A stretch of 64,000 bases of DNA, from NCBI RefSeq assembly GCF_006345805.1, contig NC_043000.1, positions 96,720,001 through 96,784,000 on the forward strand. Direction: 5' to 3'. The position numbers were made by a program, and so were the translations under genes. Origin of the DNA: Octopus sinensis (taxonomy: Eukaryota). Shown here one piece after another: positions 38,741 through 53,235 of this stretch (positions are counted from its first letter, which is position 1; each line of letters opens with the position of its first letter). The notes beneath the pieces are model-generated. The model was given only the letters and a program-made list of their open reading frames with translations. It made no database searches and was not told the DNA's origin.

Positions 38741-40174
38741 AGTCAGTCCACCCACTCTCTTAAATGTACGCACTCTTTTACATTTTGACATTCTCTTGCA
38801 GCAATATCGTAGCTGGCTGAAAGATAATGTGTGTACAACGACCGGCCTGAAAGTCGATGGTTTATACACTGTTGTTGGCACAACTATTCCTGACTCAGAT
38901 ATTTTTTCAGTGTCCCAATCAGACTATCTGAAAGAGGACCAACTTCAACTCGTTGCTCGATTTGCTAAAACTAGCAGCCGAAACTACCTCGAATTACACA
39001 CCATCAATGTTAAAAGCGAGCCAATGAAGGGGCTTCCATGCTGTTGCTCCACCCTAATGGAAATGACAGCCAAGCTTTCATCAAATTACACCGAAACACC
39101 TTAAAACTTGCTCCACAACAAAGAACCTTCAACACTATCGCTCGTCCGTTAGAAAAAAAAATACACCCACCCAAAAGTGAGCCAGAGCACCTGTCTAGAA
39201 AACGAGCCAATGACGGGCTTTTGAAGAGTTTCTCCGTCAGCAAATTCCATCCACAAGATACTGGTCTACTTGAGACTTCCTAAGTTCGAATCCATTCGAA
39301 GTTACCTATGCCTCGCATCCTTCTGGAGTCGATAAAAAGAAAGTACTATTCAAATACTACCGTCGATTTAATTGACGAAAAGTATCATTCCAAAACGTAC
39401 GGCACTGTGCTAATGTTAAAAATCAATATGCATATATTTAAAAGGACATTATGTTGACTTTCCTCCAAAGTGTTTTGTAAGATCATAAACATGTACTACT
39501 TGTCCTCCGATCAATACTTATCCATATAGACCCGTCAGATTAGCTGACCTTCAATTGAGGAAAGAAATCACACATCTAACAACAAGTCATTAGCAACATG
39601 TCTAAGCGTTTGATCTTATATCCCCTTGTAATAACAATAACGCACGCAACATATCACTTCGTTCAATTTAAACATAACAGAACAAGATTAGAAACAAACA
39701 AAATGTTTTAATAATAGTAAACCACTCTTTATAGTAGTTGTAGTAACATAATACTGTCTGTTTTCAATAAACAATTACTGTCAGCGGGAAATATTAAATA
39801 AATAATTTATGAGTTAATAAAACCCATAGGAAAACACTTGTTTTAATTAATCTAAATTATGTGGGGGATTTTGCCGGTTTAACAACCTATTCAAAAAATG
39901 TTAACGATATATTGACACGCAACTGCCTTATAGTCATGAAGATCGTAGTTTCGAATCTTATTTTAATATCAAGTGTCTCGCGTTTTTTTCTTTTTCTTTC
40001 TTTCTTTTTTTTTTGTTGTTACCTCGGTTTTTTACGGTCTGTGTTCAGATCCCAAAGTGGTCAACTTTGCTTTTCGCCCTTCCGGGGTTGATGGTACAAA
40101 GTAGTTGTCAAGAACTAGAGATGATGACATCAGTTAAGTGCCACCTCTCAAAAGTGTACACTTGGTGTCTAAGT

Positions 40175-40361
40175 CAGTGTTCCGCAGCCTTTTTTCGCTT
40201 GCGGTACACATATTCTTTTCAAAATTTGGCGGCACACCTGAACAAAAACTTTAACTAAAAGTATAGGGGAAGAAATTATTATATTCAGGTTACTCTGTGG
40301 CACACCTAGCATCGTCTCGTGGTACACCAGTATGGCACAGCATACCGGTTGTGGATCACTG
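40175..40361. mobile_element. hAT MITE
   Basis: CAGTGTTCCGCAGCC / GGTTGTGGATCACTG ends, with TSD GTCTAAGT / GTCTAAAT (7 of 8). Confidence 0.8.
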
Positions 40362-40399
40362 GTCTAAATTACAAACCGTTACTTAAAGGCTACAAACTG

Positions 40400-41670
40400 A
40401 CAGAATCACCAGTGTCGGAAAAATTGCATTGTGATATTTGTTCCGTCCTGAGGTCAACTTAACCTTTCATCCTGCCGGGGTAGATAAAATAAAGTACCAG
40501 TTAAGTATTTAAGTCGATAGTTTCGACGAACTCCCTTCATTAAAAACTACTGCTGTCTGTTCACCTAAATTAGAAAGGGTGATGGATAGGTAGAATCGTT
40601 AGAGCATCGGACAAAATGCTTGGCAGCATTTCTTTTAGCTCTTTACGTTCCGAGTTCAAACCCCGCCGGATTCAACTTTGCTTTCCATCTTTTCGGGAAT
40701 CGATAAAATAATATATCAGTTAAGTAGTAGACATACATTACTGATGTAATCGGCTTGCACCCTCCCCTCAAAATTGCTGGCCTTGTGCCAAACAATGGCA
40801 TATTCTGTAGAACACCAAACAAAATTGCTACGATATTCAATTGCGTCTCTTTGAATTCTTAGATCAAGTTTGCCTTCCATCCTTCAGAGTTCGATAAAAT
40901 TAAAATACCAACCAAGTACTGATGTAGATTTAAAAAAAAACACACCCCCCCAACCAAATGTTTTACTTGTGTCAACGTGAACCTCAAAATGGTCAACGGA
41001 TCTGCTTGAAATAGCTGCCAAATCCTTCTTCAAATCAAACCCTACTGTCTTAAAAACAAGACATATTCGATAATGTGGTCATAGCTTTCTATACATAGAA
41101 TATAAAGACAGGGTAGTCATACGTGAGTAGCTTTTCATCATAGGTCTACTCAATCAGGATTGACCTTGAGGTAAACAACAAGATTGTGCTACTGATTATT
41201 AGATTTAATATTTCACAGCGTTAAGGCGTGACCTAGCAGAATCGTTAGCACGACGGGCAAAATGCTTAGCGGCATTTCGTCCCTCTTTACGTTCTGAGTT
41301 CAATTTCCGCTGAGATCGACTTTGCCTTTCGTCCTTTCTAGTTCGACAAAAATAAGTACCAGTTGAGCACTGGGGCCGATGTGATCGATTTAACCTCCGC
41401 CCCCACCCCCCAAAAAAGGTGGGCCTTGTGCCAAAATTTGGAACCAATATTTCATTACGTCAATGCAGCGAGCTTGCAGAAGTGTTAGCATGCCGGATAA
41501 AAATGTTTAACGGCATTTCTTCCGGCTTTACATTCTGAGCTCAAATTCCGATGACTTTGTTTTCCATCCTTTCGGAGTTCGATAAAATACGTACCAGTTG
41601 AGCACTAAGGGTCGATGTAATCGGCTAGTCTTTCTCCCCAAATTTCAGACCTCGTGCCTATAGTGGAAAC
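40400..41670 (+). mobile_element. Cluster of about 5 co-oriented SINE family A copies or fragments
   Basis: GAATCGTTAG...GAGTTCAAA...GATAAAATAAGTACCAG occurs at about 40460, 40590, 40870, 41235 and 41470. Confidence 0.85.
40985..41170 (+). repeat. Interspersed repeat family D (representative copy)
   Basis: GAAATAGCTGCCAAAT..TCAAATCA..CCTAC.GTCTTAAAA...GATAATGT.GTC recurs at about 35130, 47090, 50030, 51190, 51470, 59820 and 60050 (+), and at about 18690 (-). Confidence 0.6.
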
Positions 41671-42729
41671 TTATTTCATTGATTTTTCTTTTTTTTTTTT
41701 CTCTCTCTCTCTTAATCAAATCAATACCTGAAATATAAAGGAAATAAAACCTATTTTTAACCCTATTCAATCAAACCTCTATTTTTCTGAAAGGTCTTTT
41801 GTTTCAATACCTTTGTTTCATCACATCCCTTTTTTATTGGTGCCCTTGTAACAAACATAGGCAACATTATAATCATTCCCCTCCTCACTCCTACCATTAT
41901 TACTATTACCAAAATCTTTGTCTTTAAGAAATAAAGGGTTGGGCAAGGAAGGGCTGTTTTCGATTTAATTTCCTCTTATTTCTATATGTTCTTTGTAGGC
42001 TAGATCGTTTTAATTCATTCGTCTTTTTCTTTTTTGCTAGTTTTTTTTTTGTTTTTTATATTTGTAGTGTATTTATTATATATTAGTATTTTTATGTTTA
42101 TAACGTTCTCTTTCACCCTCCCACAACACACACAATCATTTCTAAAATAGAATGTCTTTTACTCCTCCTCTTTTCTCCCCACAACACATCACCACTACCT
42201 TACACATCAAAACATCCCAACCATTATCAGCACCACCACTGGCATTCTACAAAAATATTCTATTAACCTTGCCCCTCTCTCTATTCATTATAGTTCTGGA
42301 GCTGGTGAACCCAATACAGTCATCATTTACATCGATGAGACGGGGCATATAGAATGTAAGAGAAGCAACAGCAAGGAACACCCATTTCATTTTTTTACGT
42401 TGTAATTCTAATATTCACGTAGATGTGTGTGTATAATGTAATTATTGCTTTAATTCATATTTTTAATTGATTATGTTGTTTTCTTTTCAATATTCTTACT
42501 TTGAAATTAAATATTTTATAACTCTTCCATTTTTTTTCTTTTTGGTTGGTACGTTTTGTTCGTATATTTTTTTTAAGGTAGGCATGATAGAAAAGAAGAG
42601 TACGAGATGATGATGAAGAATTTTTAATCAACAAATAGATGTTCTTTCATTATGCTGTTGCTTTCTCGCATGTGTGCAGGAGCGTGTGTGTGTGTAAAAG
42701 CCAATGCAGATTAAAAGTTCAAATGAATG

Positions 42730-42807
<78 letters not shown>

Positions 42808-43009
42808 AATTAGAGGAGCCTGGAACTTTATAAAAATACAAATTAAAAATAAAAAGGACTACACCAAAAAGACTTGAAATATATATTGACTGTACCGCAT
42901 TTTCTTTGCTTATCTCATCCAACACCGTTGGAGTACAAGTTTACAAAGATTTTTTTTTTTAGGCTGGGTAGAAACAGTATATGCACATGGACCATATGTA
43001 TAGTATACA

Positions 43010-43310
43010 TGCACACACGGTGTTTGGGATAAATTTGACAGTTTGCATAAACCGAAGAGAACACAATACCCCCTTCCAAAGATAAAAGCGCTTAAAAAAA
43101 TTAAAAAGTATCAACAAGATTATTGCTGAGAGAGAACAGTTTACCCAAAATTGCCACCCTCAGCTTCCACCATGGCCCTCAAGACGACTCCGGAACTTGA
43201 CGCAAACGTTCCTCACTGTGTCTCTGAGAAGATCTTCGAATATCTCTTTCCTTGGCCACTACTTCGGCCTTGGTGTTGTAAGCTGGGCGGTTGGCTTTTT
43301 CTCAGTCACA
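43010..43310 (-). mobile_element. Tc1/mariner-superfamily 3' fragment
   Basis: Minus strand KEIFEDL/RDTVRNVCVKFRSRLEAMVEAEGGNFG* matches the C-terminal R..LEA.VEA.GG.FE motif of Tc1/maT-like transposases. Confidence 0.75.
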
Positions 43311-43609
43311 GTTGTCTAATGGATTGTATATTTAATTCAAAAGGTTTAGTCACACTATGTCACGTTAAATATGCTTCAGAATGATCTATATGCGGAATAC
43401 TCAGTCATTTTACAGGTTACTTTAAAAGCAGGTAATTACAGTTGAGCTATCAGCTGATTTCTCATCTAAGATATATACACCACACTTCTAAAAATATCTA
43501 TTTATTGGGATCTTTTATGCTGTTGGAAGTTTCGAGTTCAAATCCTGCTAGAGTATATACTCACCCGCCATAAACACATTTAAACCGATAAGATAACCTT
43601 GCCTTTCTA

Positions 43610-44550
43610 TTACAGGCACAAGGCCTGAAATTTTGGGAGAGGGAGCTAGTCGATTACATCGACCCCAGTGCTTGACTGGTACTTAATTTCTCGACCTCCG
43701 AAAGGTTGAAAGGCAAAGTCGACCTCTAACTTCAGTGGACATGCACTTATTTATGACCTTCCTCTAAACTCCTGTACGAAATCTTTATTAAAAAACCACC
43801 AATAATCACCTCTCTTGACCGAACTCACTCCCCACACACGACATTGGATTAAGATTAATGATTTGATGTTAGCATGAGATGGTGGGGGGTGGCATCTTAA
43901 GTATTTAAAACATAGCTTAGGTGATAAACAAAAGCTACTTCTCTCTCTATCACACACACACATATATACAACAGGTGTAGAAGTGGTTTATTTGAATTGT
44001 GTATATCATCGAATCTAATTACAGATACAAGAGTTAGATGAGGGAAAAAATTAAAGGCGTGTTTCTTGTTTATAGAGATAAATTAAAGGTAAATGTCAAG
44101 TCAAGTGCATAGATAATGTTATTAATGAGCTTTAGATACGATTTGTTTTCTTAAAAATACGATATGCGTGCATATTAGTTTCAAATTATGGCACATGACC
44201 AGCAATTTTGCGGGAGGGGTAAGTCGATTACATCGACCTCAGTGCTCAACTGGTACTTGGTAAAGACGGCATCGGAGAAATTTGAACTCAAAACGTAAAT
44301 TTGGACGAAATGCGGTTAAGCATTTTTCCCGGTGTGCAAACGATTGTGGCAGCTCGTCGCCGTAGTAGTTGTTTCAAATTTTAGCACAAAGCCAGCAATT
44401 TCGGGCGAGAAATAAGCCGATTAAATTAACTCCAGTGCTTTATTGGTAATTATTTTATCGACCCCGAAAGTATAGAACTCAGAGCGCAAAGACGGACGAA
44501 AATCTGTTAGGCATTTTGCCAGGCGTGCTAATGATTATACCAGCTCTCAA
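43610..44550 (-). mobile_element. SINE family A copies (43610-43730, 44175-44370, 44375-44550)
   Basis: Reverse-complement family A body motifs. Confidence 0.8.
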
Positions 44551-45046
44551 GCTTTTTTTTTTAAAAAACACATGATAGCTAGATTTTCAAACATTTTCTC
44601 CTCCATATGGGTTCATTGGCCGCTAAGTAGCAGTAACCAACAACAATACTAAGAGCAACAACAACTAAATAGTATTCAACAAAAGCAACCTCTCTGTGGT
44701 TGCCTTATCTGCTAGAAAGAGGCAACTAATTATCAGATCACATCTTTGTCTTGCACAATAGAACACGTTTAATACAGTCCTACATATTACTGTGTCTACA
44801 AAAATGATGGGATAGTGACGGTTAGTAATGTGGATCTTAGTTAACCTTGTGCTAAATATTAATGTAACATTAACACCGACGAAGGAGTATGTATACCAGA
44901 TACAGGCCACTTTTTCTTTTTTTTTTTCGAGAAGCGAGCCGCACTACTAAAAAAACTACATGACAATTTTTCGTTAAGTGTACCCTTCAAGAAGTACGCA
45001 GTTTACCTTTCAGTGAAAACAAAAATTTTCAAGCCTTCTGCAAGGC

Positions 45047-45077
<31 letters not shown>

Positions 45078-47316
45078 TCGAAGTCATCTTTAGCAGTATT
45101 TCGCCCGTCGCTACGTTCTGAGTTCAAATTCTGCCGAGGTCGACTTAGCCTTTCGGGGTCGATAAATTAAGTACCAGTTGTGTACTGGTGTTGACTACTC
45201 CCCTCCGCCAAAATTTTAGGCCTTGTGCCTATCGTAGAAAGGATTATTACTGGAAGTCACTCCAACAAGGTGGCAAGCAACCAGCAAAAAAAAAAAAAAA
45301 AACAGGTCTAAAGCAACTACTTAATGTTAGGAGTTAGAAAAGAAAAGGAGTGGGAGAAAAACTAATGAGTGTCTGCCCCGAGGAACATAAAAAGATCAAC
45401 GTAAGATTTAAAAGAATTAAGATTGTATTTAGCTGGAGTAGGAACGTGGAAGGAAAAGAGTTTCCTAACACATGTTCAAAGAAAGGAAAGTAAAAGAGCA
45501 GAAATACTTTTTACAGGAGGGGATAGCAACAGGGGAAGTATGAGAAGTAGTAAAAAGACGAGTCACCCGATTAGTAAGTAATCTTGGGAGGAGATACAAG
45601 AGAAGAAAGCGCAACAGAACAACGACCACGGAAGTATTTAGAAAATAGAGATAATACAGCGTGAATTACATTGAAGATGGTAGAATATCTGAGGGAAACT
45701 CGCCGGCTATTTCTAGCAGGTCAAGTGACCTCACAGAGGCTTCTTCCTTATATCATCAAGTGCCGTATGTTATACCAATGGGAACAATATTAAAAAAAAA
45801 AAATCCCATAAAATTTTTAAAATGAAGCCGATTGTGTTGGAATCTGCAACAGTAACAAGATGAAAATTTTGCTTGTAAATTATGAATGAATGGGTAACGT
45901 ACGTACGTATGTATGTATGTATCTATGTAAACGTTACCTACGGGCAGCTTTTGATTTACTAAAGCGATCATTAAATAGGTTATTCAAACGCATTTCCTTT
46001 TAAAAGATAAAATTATGAAGTAGCAAGTATCCTAAATGAAGAAAAGAAAACCGTGCAGGCTTAAAAAGTAGCATAATCCGCTATTTGTAACCAAATCTAG
46101 TGACCGCTGGGTAAGGCAACAACAAGTTTCGCTTCTGAATGGTTCACCAGATATTTTATAGCCAATCAATCAATCCCCTTCCCCACCTAACCTACGCTCA
46201 GGAAACTCTTTCTACCAATACTTTCTATTCGGCTTTTTCACCACTCTCATTCATAAGCAAATCTTCCGATGATTCTGGAAATTCATTGCATACAGTTAAA
46301 CCGATTTCTTTTGAGTGTTTCTTGTAATGATCTTTTGCTGTTGTTCTTCTTTTGGGGCAAGACTGAGGTTCTTACCGTTATACCCGACTCACTCTACAAC
46401 CTGCAGGATGCTTAGAACACTCTTTATCATATCCCTACTCAATGTCCTGCCTAAACTGGATGACCCAACTAAGAAAGGTAAGCTCGCAACTGTATAGATC
46501 TGGGAGTCTCTGAGGTTCATAGACTCCAGAAACACAATACATCGGATCCACAGAGTTTAGAAATCAGTAATGGTCGACTTTGTCCACGGTTCACTTATAC
46601 ATTATTATCATCTTACATATAAAAATATACGTATCTCGAATCTCACGTTTGTCTATCATTGACGGTGTTTAGTGTGAGCGAAATGTTTAATAAACTGTGA
46701 CACAAAAGGCAACTGCTCAATGGCGCACAAATACATTAAATTTTTTAAATATTTAGAAAATTGTTAAATGTGCGTCGCAGTGAATGCTTCAGTGAGAAAC
46801 AGGTAGGCCGCGGTTCACACCTATCCGACCCATGCTCTAGTTAAAACTAATTACACAAATAGACACCCCCAAAGCTTAAAAAACAAGAAGAAACAGATAA
46901 CCAGGCATATAAAGTAAACAGAATACTTCAGCAGGGTTGGAGATTCGAAACTGAACATCGATTCTACTACTGCTGTAGCTGCTACAACTATAACAACAAT
47001 AACAACGAGGAGGTGGTGAAGCGACCTCACTCATTGCTTTGATGTAACTAAAACCATTCATGTGCGGGACAATTGTGTGGTTGTTCGACATGTTTAGAAA
47101 TAGCAGGCTATCTCTTTCAAATCACAACCTACTTACTGACAATACAGAAGAAAGTGTTGGATAATGTTAGTCCTAGACTGTATGGCGGGGCGGGGGGAGT
47201 CAAAAAGAAAGAAAAAAGAAGTTAGAGAGTAGCATTGTTAGGACGATTTTTTTTAAATCATAAGGTTAGCAGTGAATAATTACTACTGATTCTTGTTTTT
47301 CCTCTTTCTTCTTCTT

Positions 47317-47347
<31 letters not shown>

Positions 47348-47640
47348 AACTACTACTATAACAACACAACGGTGGCTTTTATCCAACTCCATTCACTGCA
47401 CAGTAATAAATAAAACCTGCCACCACATCAACATAAAGGGTGAATATAAGAAAGGTACAACTAAATAGGAAAGAGCATTGTTTAAGTTAAAGTAAAAAAA
47501 AAGTTAAAACTTGAAGAAAAGCGATAGAAGTAGGATAACTAAAGGATGAATGTAAGAGGGTACAGCTAAATGTGGAGATGGTATTGTTTAAAGTTGAAAT
47601 GTAAACTGGAAAAGGGAGGAAAGAAGTAGACTAACTCATA

Positions 47641-48877
47641 CGAGCGTTGTACCGAAAGTACTGGAAAAGTGGGCCATAACTTTAATAACTGGCATAGATT
47701 GTTCGAATTGTATATGCTGGTTGAGTATAATAACTTCCACTGTATTCACTTTACTTCCTGTTCTGCTTCACTGCGTAATGAGCCATCATTGGGTTGCTGA
47801 TGGACAGGTGCAAGCTGTCCGACATTTACGGAAGGTTACATGTTGTCGATGAAGATGACACCATTGACAGCAGCTATGTGTACAGATGGATGAAAAAGTT
47901 TCGAAAAGAGAAAAGCTGCACTGATGAGTAAACCATGCAGTGGGAGACCCATCAACTGCGATGACAGACACGAATCGCCAGTAAGGGTCGATATGATTCG
48001 CGCGGACTGACGAGTCACAATCCTTGAGTTTAAGTGGACTGTAGTTTCAATGAACCAGAGAAGATAGTAGAAGCTTTAGGTGTCGGAAAGTATGTACGAA
48101 GTGGGTAGCTCGGCAGATGATATCCAATTTGAAAGAGAAGAATGGAAATCTGTTCTGGTCTGCTGGAAGCATTTGAAGACAATCAAAACGGGCTATTTTT
48201 GTCGGGTGGTTATCTGTCGAATAGGTGAAACACAACCGTATCTTTATGATCTAGAAACGCAGTGTCAGTCGACGAAATAATGTCACACATTTCCGCCAAG
48301 ACCCAAGAAGTTCAAGAGCCAGCGATCAGTAAAGAAAGTTATGGTAATCGATTTGGGATATGCCAAAGACGTCATGGGTATGACAAAGGCGTCGACGTCC
48401 TTCATTTTCTAGCGAGTGCTATGGTGTATCGAGACACTTAAAAAGCTTAGGGAAGCACTGAGAGAAGACGAATCAAGAATTCACCATGACAATGCGCATC
48501 CAAACTAATTTTAGGCAAGAATTAAGGTAACCGGCAATTTGGGTTGGCCAGTGGTTCCACCAGCCAACATACAGCCCGGATCTAGCACTATTCAACTTCC
48601 ACCTGCTCGGTCCAATGAAGGACAGTCTTCGGGAATAATGATCTGATGACATGGGGAGTTGAAAGTGGTTGGGAAATGTAAGCAAAACAGTGCAAACCTA
48701 AATTTCTTCAAAACGGGTTCAAGAACTGGGTTCAGTGATAGCGCAAATGCAACGCTTGTGATAGAGGCTATGTATAAGAGAAGAGTTACTTTACCAATAA
48801 GTGTAATTTAAGCGAACTTAGTCATATAATAAAAAAGAAGTTATACCCATTTTTTGCGTTATTTTCGGTAATATATG
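47641..48877 (+). mobile_element. Near full-length decayed mariner element
   Basis: TA-CGAGCGTTGTACCGAAAGTA left TIR with a degenerate counterpart near 48859-48879. Broken frames retain KWVARQM (about 48100), YLYDLETQCQS, PRPKKFKSQRS, HDNA (48485-48496) and YSPDL (48570-48584). Confidence 0.9.
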
Positions 48878-50488
48878 TATATATCAGAAAATAATGCAAA
48901 ACAAAAATAGACATAAACTATAAAAAATTGATTTATATCACAGACTGAAAATGAACATGTTGAATAGACATCCATCTTTTTTTTCTTTTTTTTATATTAA
49001 AAAATTTCTTTGGATTCTAATGTTTGCGAAAACGAAGATAACGACTTGACCAGAAAGAAATCAAATTTCAGTTCTTTTTTTCTTTTGCTTTCAATCAGGA
49101 ATATAAGCAATATTCATGACTTTTACAAAGCCACCGAGGCTGATGGGAGAATGAGAGATAGATAGCGAAGACCTGACCCCAAAGGCCTTGCAACAGAATG
49201 GATTCCGCTAAAAGAACCAAAGGTACTAGGTGGTGGTGCTAAACCGGGCGATTGATTAAGTATAAATACCTTAATAAGCCATTCTACGATTTAAACTCAG
49301 AATGCAAAGAGCTAGGGCAAATATTACAGGACATGCGGTTCAACGTTCTTGTAGTTCCGCCAATACCAAAAACCTTAATTAGTGCTTTCCGCATCCACCC
49401 GTTTTTTGTCAACCCTGAAGGGATGAAAAGCAAAGATGCCTTCGATGAGCGGAGCAATACCACGAGGTATTCAACTCGATGCTCAAAAGATTTTGCAAAT
49501 GTATCCGACAGTCTTCCATAGTTTATTCTACTCGATTTCACAGGCAAAACTTGGGTCGACCCGCGAGATAATGGTAAAAGGCACTTGCTCAAAATATCCT
49601 GCCATAGGATTGAACGCGAGATTTCATAACTGCGAGGCGAATTCTTAGCCGCTCGGTCATGTACATATACTCAGAGATACACAAATAACATACACAGATA
49701 CACTTGGAAATAATCCTACAAACTACTGAGATTTTCCAAACAACACAAATGACAAAAAGATAATAAAACCTGCGAGGGAAAATTTTATTTTATTTTTAGA
49801 AGCTGGGGGTCAAATCACATGTGCTACATAAAGAAGTTGTGCGCTCACATCTTTGCCGGGAAAAATTATATTTAATTTTGCTAACTCATAGAATGCAAGT
49901 TTACGGTTGTTAGGGTCTTAAAGCTGGAATGATGTTTTTTAAAACAAAGTTTTCGAAACTTCATCGGGGGTGTGATATCAGAATTCGAATACGATCGAGG
50001 GGGTTCACCACACTCGCAGTCTACACAGCTAACACTCGACCACTGAGATAAAGCAGCCAGATTTCACTCAAAATAACACTACGATCTTAAGAAGAGGAAA
50101 AATAATGTGCACATTGGTTTATTTAATTCTAGATACACTTGTATCAATAGGAATGATGAAATGGTCACAGCTTGTACGTCTTTGATCATATGCTTGCTTA
50201 ATGAATTCGTGTCGATAACAACATCCACGAAAAGCATTCATATATAAACACGTTCTTTCTCAGATATGTGTATGTGGGCGCTTGGTATTCAAATACCATC
50301 TCCCACATACATAGACGACATACCACTTGTTTGTAAACACATACATAGTTGCTGCTGCTGTTACTACTACTACTACATACTGAAGCTAACATTACATCAT
50401 GGACATCCCCAACAATAAATATTCGTTAAAATTTGACGACTACTGTTACATACACAAACCAGGAGTAGCGAAAAGATATTAGAAAATA

Positions 50489-50520
<32 letters not shown>

Positions 50521-52604
50521 ATATACGTCCGATGAAAACTAAGCAAACCGAACCTTCGAAGCCACTATCAACATTATTCTTGTTGAATAGCATACATACC
50601 TGTATATTGCATACGCACACTAACAGGTACATAAACGAAACATGTATACACCTTATTCTCTAAATATTTTTTAAACACACCTGCACGTTACATATATGTG
50701 TGTGTGTGTGTGTGTGTGTACATACAGACAGACACGCATACAAAAATGAACATCAAAAAACTAATACAGAACACTAAAATAAATAATTACACTCTACTTC
50801 TGTATTGAGTACTTTTCCTTTTTATGTGCAAACTCAAACACGCGCGCACACACACACACACACACAACCCTTCTCCACAACTCTTAACAACTCTAGTTCT
50901 AGTCTCCGGGGACTTTGTTTAGTCGTAACATTTTTAATAGGGTATATTATTTTTTGCATATTTACAAGAATCAACCAACGTGTAAGCGTAGGCGTGTGTG
51001 CTCATTTTTTTGTTTGTTTGTTTAATTTTGTACATAAACACATACAAACACAAACATCCCTATCACATACAATAAACGTCGTATGAAATACAAGTGAAAC
51101 TCCACTACTAAGCACACATAAACACACATACCGTAGTGGGTGTCATATCATTAATATGTACAAATACAGGCAGGTTCATTGTGGTCACACGATCTGCTAG
51201 AAATAACAGCCAGATTTCATTTAAATCACAATCTACCTGTCAACTTATAAATAGGACACCCTACAGAGCGTTATCTTGGATTCAGTCAAATAAGAAGGCC
51301 TTTTATGACAGGTCGGTTCGATCAAGAGCTAATTGACCTAGGGTATGACACGTCACCGTATACATACAGGTATACATAGATAGAGAAATCGGTCAGTATG
51401 TAGCTATACACATATAACAATACACCGGTGACATACCAACAGCCTTTTTGTGGTAGTTCGAAATGCTAGAAATGGCAGTCATATTTTCCTCAAATCATAC
51501 ACTCACAATTTTAGAGAAAGCTATATTGAATAATGTGATCAGGGATTCTTGCACATAAAAAAGATGGGATTAGTCAAAACTAGAATGCCTTTAATCTTAA
51601 GTGTGTTCGATGAGGTTTGACCTGAGGTTAAACAATAACAACCGGTTACTATAAACAAGCCCACGTGAGATGAGGGATCCGCTTCAAAAGCACCAGTTAA
51701 AACTAACTCTAAATTAAAACATCCTCCCGTCATAAGGAATCGAAACTCCATCTAAATCAGACTCCCTACCGTCATAATAAAAAGGAACAAACACATTAGA
51801 AGATTTAGTCTTAGATATATATACATGAAGAGGGAATAGTCACAAGTGGAATGTCTTTGACAAGTTCGATTCATTGACTAAGAATGACCACAATTATCAT
51901 TACTCTTAACTTGGGGATATTTCAGGATTCTAAGGGGGGAATTGGGGGGGGGTATCCAATTTTTTAAAATTGAGAAATTCTATTATCACCCTCATATTCG
52001 TAATCACTCCCTCATATCATTTCGATAGATTTTAAAGAGGCGAGCAGGTAGAAATTTTAGACCGTTGAACAAAATGCTTAGCGGCATTTGTTTCGAAATC
52101 TTTACATTTCTGAGATCAAATCCCCATCGAGGTCAACTTGGCCTTTCATTCATTCCATTCAAGGTCGTTCCTCTCCCCTATCAAAACTGCTAGCCGTAGA
52201 AATCATTACTTTGCTAGATTTTATTTTCCTAGTGGCTGTGTTGTGGGGACTCAACATCCTACGGTCGTGGTTTTGATTTCTAGACCGAGTAGCGCGTTGT
52301 GTGACTGAGCAAAAATAATTTTCTCATTGTTCCGGTCTATTCAGGTGAAAATTAGCAACAGCAGGAGGTTAACCTGGCGTCCTTCGAGGCGGTGGTGGAG
52401 AGTATTGTATTCTTGGGGTAGCTTATACGCCATGAGAAACCGTCACAGAACTAATTTTAAATTCATATAATTAATTTAATTAATGTAATGTTATGTCATA
52501 TACGCTATATGCGAATAATATATTGACAATCGATGAGTAATGTACATGGTATCGTATTAAAGTTGTGGAATTTCAAAGTTTAACGAACGTAATACTTTGT
52601 TTAA

Positions 52605-52825
52605 GGCGGCGAGCTGGCAGAACCGTTAGCACGCCGGGCGAAATGCGTAGCCGTATTTCGTCTGCCGTTACGTTGTGAGTTCAAATTCCGCCGAGGTCGA
52701 CTTTGCCTTTCATCCTTTCGGGGTCGATAAATTAATTACCAGTTGCGTACTGAGGTCGATCTAATCGACTGCCTCTTCCCCCCACTCCCCCAAAATTTCG
52801 GGCTTTGTGCCTAGAGTAGAAAAGA
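52605..52825 (+). mobile_element. tRNA-derived SINE family A, best copy
   Basis: Pol III A box TGGCAGAACCG (52615) and B box GAGTTCAAATTCC (52677), then GTCGACTTTGCCTTTCATCCTTTCGGGGTCGATAAA. More than 25 related copies are in the window, including plus-strand neighbours at 52040-52200, 52840-53040 and 53960-54170. Confidence 0.92.
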
Positions 52826-53235
52826 ATATGATTTTGGTTAAGACGGGGAGCTGGCAGAATCGTTAGCACGCTGGGCGAAATGCTTAGCGATATTTCGTCC
52901 GTGTTAACGTTAAGAGTTCAAATTCACAGATTCCTTTCGGGGTCGATGAAATAAGTACCAGTCAAACACTGGGGTTGATGTAATCGACTTACTCCCCTCC
53001 CCAGAAATTACTGGTCTTGTACCAAAATTTTAAACCAATGTACCGATTTTGGTTATTTCTCATACATAAGCACTAAATGGACACAAAATGAATGATTAGA
53101 GAAAGAGAAAGGGGAGAGATGAATGAAGAAATTGAGAACCAACCAATTCCAAGAAACAGAGGTCATTATGATCAAACCAGATAAGATAGTAAAGTGAGGA
53201 GACAGAAAGCCTGTTAGGGTAGAGAATGTCTAAGA

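Noticed and set aside
46200-46450. Possible restriction-like-endonuclease LINE tail on the minus strand
   Set aside because: Similarity is too degraded to support by eye.
52605-52695. tRNA-like A/B boxes
   Set aside because: These are SINE heads. I could not fold a cloverleaf, and they run into SINE bodies.
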